A stretch of DNA of 64,000 bases from Candidatus Latescibacterota bacterium (GTDB lineage Bacteria; Latescibacterota; UBA2968): positions 2,336,001 to 2,400,000 of the forward strand of contig OZ220741.1 in NCBI GenBank assembly GCA_965116885.1. Reading direction: 5' to 3'. Positions 19,798 through 28,163 of the stretch are shown one piece after another. The stretch's first letter is position 1; each line of letters starts with the position of its first letter. The position numbers and the translations under genes were made by a program. The notes below the pieces were generated by a model that was not told the origin of the DNA, ran no database searches, and saw only the letters and a list, made by a program, of their open reading frames with translations.

Positions 19798-20847
19798 ATG
19801 GCTGTTACACGTGAGGATTTACAGGCTGCTGTTGATCGGTTTCCGCGTACGGAATTGGCGGATTTGCCTACGCGGTTGGACGATTGTCCGCGGTTTTCAG
19901 AGACGCTGGGTGGGAAGGTGCGGGTGATGGTGAAGCGCGATGATTTGACGGGGTTGGCTTTTGGCGGGAATAAGACGCGAAAGTTTGATCTGGCGCTGGG
20001 AGATGCTGTGGCGCAAGGGGCTACGGCGTTGATAACGGGTGCGGCGTCACAGTCGAATCACGCGCGGCAGGCGGCGGCAGCGGCTGCCAGGCTGGGGATG
20101 AAGTGCGTGCTGGTGAACCGACACGATCACCGCAGTCAGATGGGTATTCAGGGCAATCAGTTGCTGGATAATATTCTGGGGGCGGATGTGCGGCTGGTTG
20201 TGGATGGTGTGAATCAGAATGAGGTGAAGGAGCGGGTTGTGGAGGACCTGACGGCGCAGGGAGAGAAGCCCTATTTGATCGGGCAGCGTGCAGTGGTGTT
20301 GGGTACGGTGGCTTATGTGGGCTGTGTGCTGGAGATTGTGGCGCAGCTTGAAGCGGTGGATGCACGGGCGGATTTTATTTGTACCGCGTCCGGTCACGGG
20401 ACACATGCGGGGCTGGCTTTGGGGGTGAAAGCGCTGGGGTTGCCGATTCAGACGCAGGGGTTTTCGCCGAGCAAGGGGGATGAGGCGCAGCGGAGGGCGA
20501 GGCTGGCGGAGGTGGGCAACGAGGCGGCAGAGCTTTTGGAACTGGATGTTCGATTGCGGGCAGAGGAGTTGGAGAATACGGATGCGTACGTGGGTGAGAA
20601 TTACGGGATTGTGACGGAGGCGGGATTAAATGCACTGCATTTGCTGGCGCGGACAGAGGGGATTTTGCTCGATCCGGTCTATACGAGTAAGGCGATGTCG
20701 GGGGTGATTGACCGCATTCAGACGGGAGAGATTCCGGAGGGTTCTACAGTGGTGTACGTTCATACAGGTGGGAATCCAGCGCTGTTCGCTTATGCGCCAG
20801 AGTTGATTTCACACGGAGATTATCGGCAAAATCTCGTGACTGGTTGA
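19798..20847 (+). CDS. D-cysteine desulfhydrase / ACC deaminase family PLP enzyme
   Basis: VKRDDLTGLAFGGNKTRK, QSNHARQ, GNQLLDNILGA, EGILLDPVYTSKAM, HTGG. Confidence 0.9.
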   Translation: MAVTREDLQAAVDRFPRTELADLPTRLDDCPRFSETLGGKVRVMVKRDDLTGLAFGGNKTRKFDLALGDAVAQGATALITGAASQSNHARQAAAAAARLGMKCVLVNRHDHRSQMGIQGNQLLDNILGADVRLVVDGVNQNEVKERVVEDLTAQGEKPYLIGQRAVVLGTVAYVGCVLEIVAQLEAVDARADFICTASGHGTHAGLALGVKALGLPIQTQGFSPSKGDEAQRRARLAEVGNEAAELLELDVRLRAEELENTDAYVGENYGIVTEAGLNALHLLARTEGILLDPVYTSKAMSGVIDRIQTGEIPEGSTVVYVHTGGNPALFAYAPELISHGDYRQNLVTG

Positions 20848-20888
20848 GATGGTTCTGGAACTGGAGGCGAATTGGGTTTGTCTGTTTC

Positions 20889-21584
20889 TCATTGGTAGGC
20901 ACCATCGATAAGCGTCTTTCCAAATTCTGCGACAAATAAGAGAAAATCGCTAATACTTATTGTGCCGTCAAAATCTAAATCGCCATGTTTCGCCCTGAAA
21001 AGAGAGTCTTGTATCGCGGTAAAAATAGGAACTGTGCGGTTCGGGTCACTCCACACGCCCTTGTTTTGGGCCTTTGCTTCCTCTTGTGCTGATACAAACT
21101 CATTTCGCTTTTCGTATTCGTGTTCAACGTCTGCTACGCCATATCCCTGCCTTACCAATTCGAGGTTAAACAAAACGCCGTCCAAATACACGTAAACGAG
21201 CAACCTGTCAAAAGCGTCTTTTTGCTGGTGGTCAAAAGATAATGTTACTTTTTTTTCGTACAGTCTTTGTCGTGTGTATTCTTTTGCTTCAGGACCGTAA
21301 AAACCAACGGGTTCGAATGGGTGATTTGTCTCTGGCGTATCTATGCCTAACAAGCGCACGGTCACTGTGTATTCTAAATGCGTAACGTCTATTGTATCGC
21401 CGTCTTTCACGTCGGTTACTGTAAAGTACACGTCGTCGAGGTCAACGCATCCAGAAGGCGCATGGCAATGGTAGGTGTTATCCGATGTGTCAAAGTGACC
21501 GCCCTGTGAATCTTGCCCGCCTCCGTGGGCAATCGCTAATGAAGAAAAACAAAACAAATAGCCAAATATCAAAACCTTTTTCAT
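20889..21584 (-). CDS. Secreted thermonuclease (SNase family) with an N-terminal YHYH-like motif and a C-terminal EF-hand/dockerin-like motif
   Basis: DGDTI, VRLLGIDTPE, DRLLVYV, NLELVRQG, AQEEAK...GVW; HGG...YHCH; GDLDFDGTISISDFLLF. Confidence 0.88.
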   Translation of the reverse strand: MKKVLIFGYLFCFSSLAIAHGGGQDSQGGHFDTSDNTYHCHAPSGCVDLDDVYFTVTDVKDGDTIDVTHLEYTVTVRLLGIDTPETNHPFEPVGFYGPEAKEYTRQRLYEKKVTLSFDHQQKDAFDRLLVYVYLDGVLFNLELVRQGYGVADVEHEYEKRNEFVSAQEEAKAQNKGVWSDPNRTVPIFTAIQDSLFRAKHGDLDFDGTISISDFLLFVAEFGKTLIDGAYQ

Positions 21585-21614
21585 GTTTCTACTCGCTTCT
21601 CAAAAATAGCAATT

Positions 21615-23141
21615 CTAAGCGTTTATTTCGCCTTTTAACCGCAGGCCACGGGATACAAAGACGCGTTCGAACAACTCAAACAGTCCCTGGACAATGAGTG
21701 CCAGCAATGCCGCGGGTACGGCGCCTTGTAAAATTAGACCGATATCGTCTAATCGAATCCCTGTTAAAATGGGTTGTCCATATCCCCCAGCGCCAATTAA
21801 TGCCCCCAGAGTCGCCGTGCCTACATTGATCACTGCCGATGTTTTGATGCCCGCCAGGATTGACCGCGAGGCTATCGGTAATGTTACCAGTCGAAGTTGT
21901 GCCCAGTCGGACAAACCCAATGCTGTTGCTGATTCTCGTATCCCCACTGGAATATCGTGCAGTCCCGCGTATGTGTTTCGCACTATGGGCAGCAAACTGT
22001 ACAAGAACAGTGCGACAATCGCAGGTGCCCCGCCAATACCCAATAACGGAATCATAAATACCAGCAGTGCCAGGGAGGGAATGGTCTGGATAATGCCCAC
22101 CAATCCCAAAATAACTTGTCCACCTCTTGCCCATCGGAATGCCACAATTCCCAGGGGAATGGATACCACAATCGCCCCGAAAAGAGATATTCCCACCAGG
22201 GTCAAATGATCCCATGTGTGTCGCCAGAATCGAGCGCCAGCAGTTTCTTTTTTTATTTTGACCTGTACATTGAGGTTCTCAGCCAGAAAATCAGCCGCAA
22301 CCTGGGCTTCTGACTTTTTCTCCAATTTGACCTGTGCATTCATGACCATCATTTTTTTTTCTGAGATCAGCCCCTCTAATTTTAAAATTTCCCTCACCAC
22401 TTGAGGTGCTCGATCTATCAAATCTACCCGATAGACAATGACGGCATTGTAAATGGGGAAATGCTGCAGGTCATCTACCAGCGATCGCAACCCGTAATAC
22501 TGGATCTCGGCATCTGTTGAATACATATCCATTACGTCAATTGTACCGCTCTCCAACCCGCGATAGGCCAGGTCGTGGTCCAATCCACTCACATGCTGAT
22601 GCGGGAGCACATATCGGTTCTGCAAACTCGGCCACCCATCTCCTCTGTCCATAAACTCGTTGCCAAATCCCAACTTCAAGTCTGGGTACTTCTTTAAATC
22701 AGAAATCGTCTGGATCCCCAGTGCTTCAGCCCTTGTTTCCACCATGCCCAGTACGTATGTGTTGTTGAATCCCAAAGGGCGACTCATCACAAGGCCCATC
22801 TCCGCCAACCGGGCGCGAATATCCGCTTCATCGCGCAAATTTTCTTCTGCCAAAATTTCTCGACTCAGGGTACCTGTGTAATCCGGATAAAGATCAATAT
22901 CGCCCGCAATCAATGCATTCCATAACACCCGCGTTCCCCCCAACTCGCGCCGATGCGTAACCGATGCGTTTACACTGCGCCCGATATGAGATAGTACTTC
23001 ACCCAAAATGACCGACTCGGTAAACTTCTTTGATCCCACGACAATTTCTTGTGCCTGGGTTGAGGTACAGAACAAAAAGCAAAATAGAATACACAGGGCG
23101 GTGAATTTCGCTGACGTTGTGGTGTCGTGCGTGCGCGTCAT
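21615..23141 (-). CDS. Osmoprotectant (glycine betaine/choline-type) ABC transporter, fused substrate-binding + permease
   Basis: VGSKKFTESVILGE, YPDYTGT, GFNNTY; permease motifs QTIPSLAL, LLPIVRNT, ESATALG, IGAGGYG. Confidence 0.9.
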   Translation of the reverse strand: MTRTHDTTTSAKFTALCILFCFLFCTSTQAQEIVVGSKKFTESVILGEVLSHIGRSVNASVTHRRELGGTRVLWNALIAGDIDLYPDYTGTLSREILAEENLRDEADIRARLAEMGLVMSRPLGFNNTYVLGMVETRAEALGIQTISDLKKYPDLKLGFGNEFMDRGDGWPSLQNRYVLPHQHVSGLDHDLAYRGLESGTIDVMDMYSTDAEIQYYGLRSLVDDLQHFPIYNAVIVYRVDLIDRAPQVVREILKLEGLISEKKMMVMNAQVKLEKKSEAQVAADFLAENLNVQVKIKKETAGARFWRHTWDHLTLVGISLFGAIVVSIPLGIVAFRWARGGQVILGLVGIIQTIPSLALLVFMIPLLGIGGAPAIVALFLYSLLPIVRNTYAGLHDIPVGIRESATALGLSDWAQLRLVTLPIASRSILAGIKTSAVINVGTATLGALIGAGGYGQPILTGIRLDDIGLILQGAVPAALLALIVQGLFELFERVFVSRGLRLKGEINA

Positions 23142-23896
23142 TTCGCTATCTCTCCCGGCGCCATACTTTCCAACGGACTTCTCTGCGCATGCATAAACTG
23201 CGTCACAAATTCATGCGCCGGGTTCTGCATCAAATTTTTCAAGCTGCCAATCTGAACGATCTCCCCTTCCCGCATCAACACGATCTGATCCCCGAAAAAT
23301 CCCGCTTCGCCCATATCGTGTGTCACCATTACTACTGTTTTGCCCAATGTCTGAAATATCGAACGCAAATCAGATTGCAAATCCGCCCGAATCATCGGGT
23401 CCAGGGCGCCGAGTGGTTCGTCTAATAGCAATACGTCGGGGTCCAGCATCAATGCCCGCATCAATCCCACGCGCTGTTGCTGTCCACCTGACAATTCTCC
23501 TGGAAATCGGTCCAATCCATCTGCTGGAAAATGCGTTAAAGTTGCCAATGTCTCGATCCGAGAGTCGATCCGATCCTCCGCCCAACCCAGATAATTTGCC
23601 ATCAACGCTACATTTTTTCGCGCTGTTAAATGCGGAAACAAACCCCCCTCTTGAATCACATAACCCATCTTCTGCCGCAGCGACAACACATTTGCTGGCG
23701 TCAGAACTTGTCCTTCATAAGTCACCGTGCCCTCGTCGGGCCAGATCAGTCCCACCATCAATCGAATTAAGGTTGATTTGCCACATCCACTCGGCCCAAT
23801 TAACACCGTCGTCTGTTTAGCCTGTACGCTCAGGTCAACTTTGTGCAGCGCCTGCAAATCGCCAAATGTTTTCGAAACACCTGCCACTTCAAACAT
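23138..23896 (-). CDS. Osmoprotectant ABC transporter ATP-binding subunit
   Basis: GPSGCGKST, LSGGQQQRV, LLLDEPLGALDP, VTHD; 4-bp overlap with the permease gene. Confidence 0.93.
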   Translation of the reverse strand: MFEVAGVSKTFGDLQALHKVDLSVQAKQTTVLIGPSGCGKSTLIRLMVGLIWPDEGTVTYEGQVLTPANVLSLRQKMGYVIQEGGLFPHLTARKNVALMANYLGWAEDRIDSRIETLATLTHFPADGLDRFPGELSGGQQQRVGLMRALMLDPDVLLLDEPLGALDPMIRADLQSDLRSIFQTLGKTVVMVTHDMGEAGFFGDQIVLMREGEIVQIGSLKNLMQNPAHEFVTQFMHAQRSPLESMAPGEIAK

Positions 23897-23907
23897 AACG
23901 TCTCCGC

Positions 23908-24858
23908 TTACACGTGGTTTCTCAACATCAATTCCATGGGATATGGGTTTAAGTAGGTTTGCTCGTGTACCCAGTCGGGTACGCGGTTGCGGTTGAGATG
24001 GTGTTTTAATAATGTGATTGGGACGATGAGAGGGAGCAGTCGCTGGCGATAGGATTCGAATACGTCGAGCAGTTCTTTTTTGTCCGCGGTGGTGAGTTCG
24101 TTTTTTATAAATCCCATTAAGTGCATCAATACGTTTACGTGTTTGCCCGGTGTGCTCATTACTTTCAGGCCTTCCATCAGCAATTTGCCGTATTGAAGCG
24201 TTATATCTTTGCGGGAAGACTGTGCGACCAGTTGGCCCAACTCGCTGTAGTGTTTTGGGCTGTGCGATAGAAGGCTCATTTTGATTCCGGTGTGAAATTT
24301 TACCAGGGCACCGGGTGTTGGATGATCGGTCAACATTTGCTGCCAGCGGTAATAGACAAATACGCGTTCAATAAAATTTTCCCGCAAGGGCAGATCATTT
24401 AGCCGCCCTTCTTCTTCGATGGGCAATAAGGGGAACCGGGCTGTCAATGCTTTTGCAAATAGTCCGCGACCATTGCGCGTGGGTATTTGCGTTTTTGGGT
24501 TAAATACCCGTACGCGAAATAATCCACAACTCGGCGAGTCCTTTTTGAGTATATAACCGTGCAGATTCAGGTCTGTCAGTTCGTTGAGCCGTTTTTCTGC
24601 CCAGGCCTGCATGCCAGCGGTGTGATCTGTTCCCGATTTTGGTGCAATGAGTCGCGGTGTTTCCGCGTCGCCTTCGAGCCGGATGGTCTCGCGCGGAACG
24701 CCCATCCCCATTTCTACTTCTGGACATACGGGTACCCATTCGACGTAATTGCCCAATACGGTTGTCAAAAATGGCATGTGTTTGTGCCCGCCATTATACC
24801 GCACTTCTTCGCCGAGCAAACACGCACTCACGCCGAGCCTCAGTTTTGATGTTTGCAT
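23908..24858 (-). CDS. YbgA-family protein (DUF523 / TudS-like thiouracil desulfurase domain + DUF1722)
   Basis: GVSACLLGEEVRYNGGHK, VCPEVEMGMGVPRE, KKDSPSCG, EEEGRLND, RENFIERVF, YLNPYP; true start taken at ATG 24858. Confidence 0.9.
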   Translation of the reverse strand: MQTSKLRLGVSACLLGEEVRYNGGHKHMPFLTTVLGNYVEWVPVCPEVEMGMGVPRETIRLEGDAETPRLIAPKSGTDHTAGMQAWAEKRLNELTDLNLHGYILKKDSPSCGLFRVRVFNPKTQIPTRNGRGLFAKALTARFPLLPIEEEGRLNDLPLRENFIERVFVYYRWQQMLTDHPTPGALVKFHTGIKMSLLSHSPKHYSELGQLVAQSSRKDITLQYGKLLMEGLKVMSTPGKHVNVLMHLMGFIKNELTTADKKELLDVFESYRQRLLPLIVPITLLKHHLNRNRVPDWVHEQTYLNPYPMELMLRNHV

Positions 24859-24872
24859 TCTGGCCACTCTCC

Positions 24873-25904
24873 TCACACACCCACGGTACTCGATGCGAGC
24901 CACAAATGGGGATGTGTTTCCAGAATCAGATTTGCCACCTTTTGTACCGCCTTTTTTACGCCCCAGGTGGGGCGCGGCTGACCCATTGGCGCCAGTTTGA
25001 CCAATAGCTGATTGTTTTTGCGAAATAAGAGGGATATGCCGAAATACTGGGCGAGTTCTCCTTCGCGTACCATGACCGAGATGAGGCCGTGATTGTCGGG
25101 CAATTGGCAGTAGATGTCTGTCATTTTGATCACGACCTGCATATTCCGATGGGTTTCGCGCCACACCTGATCTGTGGCGTGTTCGATAAGTCTCAGTATT
25201 TCTTCGCGTTGGTATGCGCCTTCTAATACGATATTTGGCATTTTCCCGACCTTTTGAATGCGCGTTTCGACTGATGGTTCCGATTTTTGACGCCAGACAA
25301 AATAGTGGATGGGCACGCCCGCATCTATGGCTTTTTGTTCGTATTTGGTGGGGGTGCGTCCGGGTAACTGGTGAACAGATGGGGTGTTGTAAATGGATTG
25401 CAGGTGCGATTGTCGCGATAGCACGTCGGTGATCCACGTTGCGTACTCTGCGTGGTCTGTCGCTATGGTTACTTCGCCGCCCGGTTTTAATCGTTCGGCC
25501 AGTATTTTTATAAATGCATCTTGAATTAGACGCCGATTGTGGTGTCGCTCTTTGGGCCAGGGATCTGAAAAATTGATCCATATTTCCGATAGGGATTGCG
25601 GGGCAAATACGTGTTGTAATAAGAATGCGGCATCGCCCTCTATTGCGCGCACATGATTTAATTTCAGGGCGTTTAACCGCTTGAATAATCGGCGCATGGA
25701 TCCCCAGGCGCGCTCGATTCCGACAAAATGTGCATCGGGACGCGACACTGCCATATCGGATAGGAAATGGCCATTGCCAAATCCGATTTCGAGGATGAGG
25801 TCGCCTGACCGTCCAAAAATCTGTTGCCAATCTATCGGCCAATCCAATTGCAGCCAGGGGACTGTGTATTTTTGGATTTCCTCGCTCAGCGGTAGAGATG
25901 TCAT
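24873..25904 (-). CDS. trmB: tRNA (guanine-N7)-methyltransferase, long form with a C-terminal domain
   Basis: LEIGFGNG, FVGIE, GDA, NFSDPWPKERHHNRRL, ATDH..YA, TKYEQKA. Confidence 0.93.
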   Translation of the reverse strand: MTSLPLSEEIQKYTVPWLQLDWPIDWQQIFGRSGDLILEIGFGNGHFLSDMAVSRPDAHFVGIERAWGSMRRLFKRLNALKLNHVRAIEGDAAFLLQHVFAPQSLSEIWINFSDPWPKERHHNRRLIQDAFIKILAERLKPGGEVTIATDHAEYATWITDVLSRQSHLQSIYNTPSVHQLPGRTPTKYEQKAIDAGVPIHYFVWRQKSEPSVETRIQKVGKMPNIVLEGAYQREEILRLIEHATDQVWRETHRNMQVVIKMTDIYCQLPDNHGLISVMVREGELAQYFGISLLFRKNNQLLVKLAPMGQPRPTWGVKKAVQKVANLILETHPHLWLASSTVGV

Positions 25905-25924
25905 GCGTTATACCTGCGAATCAG

Positions 25925-25996
25925 CGGAGCGGTGTACAACTGCGCCAGCAGTTCATCAACGGAACGGGGTACAACTGGTTCGGTACAGTTCATCAA
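25925..25996. repeat. Imperfect tandem direct repeat (35/37 bp); each unit contains an AACTG/CAGTT hairpin
   Basis: CGGAGCGGTGTACAACTG-CGCCAG-CAGTTCATCAA followed by CGGAACGGGGTACAACTG-GTTCGGTA-CAGTTCATCAA. Confidence 0.8.
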
Positions 25997-25997
25997 T

Positions 25998-26024
25998 GTA
26001 GGGGCGGTGCCCCTGTGCCCGCCC
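25998..26024 (+). repeat. GTAG-family REP-like palindrome
   Basis: GTAG-GGGCGG-TGCCCCTGTGC-CCGCCC, similar to the 6791 element. Confidence 0.75.
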
Positions 26025-26043
26025 GTTGGGTGGCTGGGTGGGG

Positions 26044-26069
26044 TTCGTCTATTCGTCTATTCGTCTATT
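26044..26069. repeat. 8-bp microsatellite (TTCGTCTA)x3
   Basis: ttcgtcta ttcgtcta ttcgtcta tt read directly. Confidence 0.85.
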
Positions 26070-26076
26070 TGTTTTT

Positions 26077-26907
26077 TTATCTCCGGATTTCAGTAAACCG
26101 CTTGACTTGAGCCGTCATCGCCACTTCCGTGGGCAGGCGTTCCATTGAGCTGGCGCCGTAGAATCCATCGACTTCGGGAACTCGTTCGAGTATGTAAGCA
26201 GCGTCTTCTGGTTCGGCAATTGGCCCCCCGTGGCAAAGTGTGATGACATCGTCCCGGATTGTTTTGCAGGCATTGCAAATGGCATTTACTTCTTCCACGC
26301 AGTCGTCGAGGGTTTTTGCGGTGTGTGCGCCGATGGTGCCCTTGGTTGTCAATCCCATGTGCGCCACCACGATATCGGCGCCTGCTTCTGTCATGAGTTG
26401 TCCTTCTTGGACATTGAACGCATAGGGCGTTGTGAGCATGTCCATTTCATGGGCAGCCGCGATCATTTCTACTTCGAGGTGGTAGCCCATTCCGGTTTCT
26501 TCCAGATTGGCGCGAAATAATCCATCGATAAGTCCTACGGTTGGAAAATTTTGGATTCCCGCGAAGCCCAGGTCTCTCAATTCCCGCAAGAAGTGATCCC
26601 GCAACATGAATGGATCTGTCCCGTTCACCCCGGCGAGTACGGGTGTGTGTTCTACTGCTGTGATGACTTCATAAGCCATTTCTTTTACGATTTCGTTGGC
26701 ATTGCCATAGGCCAGGACGCCCGAGAGCGATCCCCGCCCCGCCATGCGATAGCGTCCCGAGTTGTAAATTACGATTAGATCAATGCCGCCCGCTTCTTCG
26801 CATTTTGCCGAGATTCCCGTGCCAGCACCACCGCCGATGATCGGCAGTCCATCTGCAATTTTTTTCTGCAAGCGTTCTAATATTGATGTTCGGCTCTCTG
26901 CTGCCAT
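26077..26907 (-). CDS. TIM-barrel signal transduction / PEP-hydrolase family protein
   Basis: [59 protein letters not shown]. Confidence 0.92.
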   Translation of the reverse strand: MAAESRTSILERLQKKIADGLPIIGGGAGTGISAKCEEAGGIDLIVIYNSGRYRMAGRGSLSGVLAYGNANEIVKEMAYEVITAVEHTPVLAGVNGTDPFMLRDHFLRELRDLGFAGIQNFPTVGLIDGLFRANLEETGMGYHLEVEMIAAAHEMDMLTTPYAFNVQEGQLMTEAGADIVVAHMGLTTKGTIGAHTAKTLDDCVEEVNAICNACKTIRDDVITLCHGGPIAEPEDAAYILERVPEVDGFYGASSMERLPTEVAMTAQVKRFTEIRR

Positions 26908-26924
26908 TGTTGTCTCCTTGTGGT

Positions 26925-28133
26925 TTACCGTATTTCCTGGAAACTCGCCACCAGTGCTGCTGCAAATTCCGGGTCGTTGATATTGTTCGCCAGCCGTTTG
27001 ATCTGGCGATTTTCCGTTTGTTCGATTTGTGCTTCCAGAGTTTCAAATAATGCCTTATCTGCATCTGGGTCGTGAAAGGGTTGTCCTTCGTCATCGATTA
27101 ACGATACGCCGTTTTCCGGAATTAGTATTTGAATTGGCACTGTTGATCGGTTCAATTTGTTCGCTATCCATTCGGCAAATTGGCGGTTTTCGTCCGCTGT
27201 CGTCCGCATCAATGTGACCTGTGCGTTGTGTACGTGAAGTGTGCGGTTTTTAAATTGTTCGGGTACGGTTTCCTCCGCGCCAAAATTTACCATGTCGAGC
27301 GCACCCAGGCTTACGACATAAGGTATTTCGCGGGCGAGGATGCAATCCATTCGCTCAGGTCCGGCGGGGAAGACGCCGCCCACGACTTCATCGGCTACTT
27401 CGGTTGTGGTGATATCCAGAACGCCGTCGATCATCCCGCTTTCGACCAGTTTTTCCATTGCCTGTCCACCTGTCCCTGTGGCGTGAAAGACCAGGCAGTC
27501 ATATCCGTCTTTTTCCAGTGCTTCGCGGACCATGGTTACACACGGCGTTGTTACGCCAAACATGGTCATTCCAAGCGTGGGTTTGTCTTCGGCTTCTGCA
27601 ACGGTGTTTACGACCATTCCCGCTATTGCATGCGCTGCATTGCCCAGTACTTGCCGCGATACGCGGTTGATTCCGGCTACATCTACTACGGAGTACATCA
27701 TCGCTATGTCGCAACACCCCACATAAGGTTCGGTGTTGCCACTGGCGACGGTGGATACCATGACTTTGGGTACGCCAATGGGCAATGCCTGCATTGCCGG
27801 TGTGATGAGTGCTGTGCCCCCGCTGCCTCCTATGCCAATAATACCCGCTACGTCGCCTTTGGCGTATTCTTGCAGCAAGTAGGCACACAGTGCTTCTCCC
27901 ATCGCTGTGACGGCTTCGCCCCGGTCCGTGTGTCCGATTACGGCGCCCGTTCCGCCCGCGTGACAGGCGGCTATGGTTTCCCGCGATATATCCGGCACGC
28001 CGCCCTGTGCGTCGCTCTGTGTGCCTACATCTACGACTGTGACCTCGGCGCCCGCGTTTCGGATGCATTCGGCGACATACCCGATTTCTTCACCTTTGGT
28101 ATCCATTGTCGCTATTGCGTATATACTGCCCAT
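26925..28133 (-). CDS. UPF0261 / Tm-1-like ATP-binding protein
   Basis: [60 protein letters not shown]; start at 28133 behind GGAGG. Confidence 0.92.
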   Translation of the reverse strand: MGSIYAIATMDTKGEEIGYVAECIRNAGAEVTVVDVGTQSDAQGGVPDISRETIAACHAGGTGAVIGHTDRGEAVTAMGEALCAYLLQEYAKGDVAGIIGIGGSGGTALITPAMQALPIGVPKVMVSTVASGNTEPYVGCCDIAMMYSVVDVAGINRVSRQVLGNAAHAIAGMVVNTVAEAEDKPTLGMTMFGVTTPCVTMVREALEKDGYDCLVFHATGTGGQAMEKLVESGMIDGVLDITTTEVADEVVGGVFPAGPERMDCILAREIPYVVSLGALDMVNFGAEETVPEQFKNRTLHVHNAQVTLMRTTADENRQFAEWIANKLNRSTVPIQILIPENGVSLIDDEGQPFHDPDADKALFETLEAQIEQTENRQIKRLANNINDPEFAAALVASFQEIR

Positions 28134-28163
28134 TATACCCTCCATTATTTAACGAGTTGCTTT

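Noticed and set aside
24859..25842. N-terminal ~327 aa of the 644-aa ORF (possible TrmB-YbgA frameshift fusion)
   Set aside because: It is an Arg-rich alternative frame over trmB with no protein-like features; YbgA has its own ATG at 24858 and I saw no clear slippery site
25925..25996. Mini-CRISPR or hammerhead ribozyme interpretation of the tandem repeat
   Set aside because: The units abut with no spacers, no cas genes are present, and the CUGAUGA...GAAA hammerhead core is incomplete
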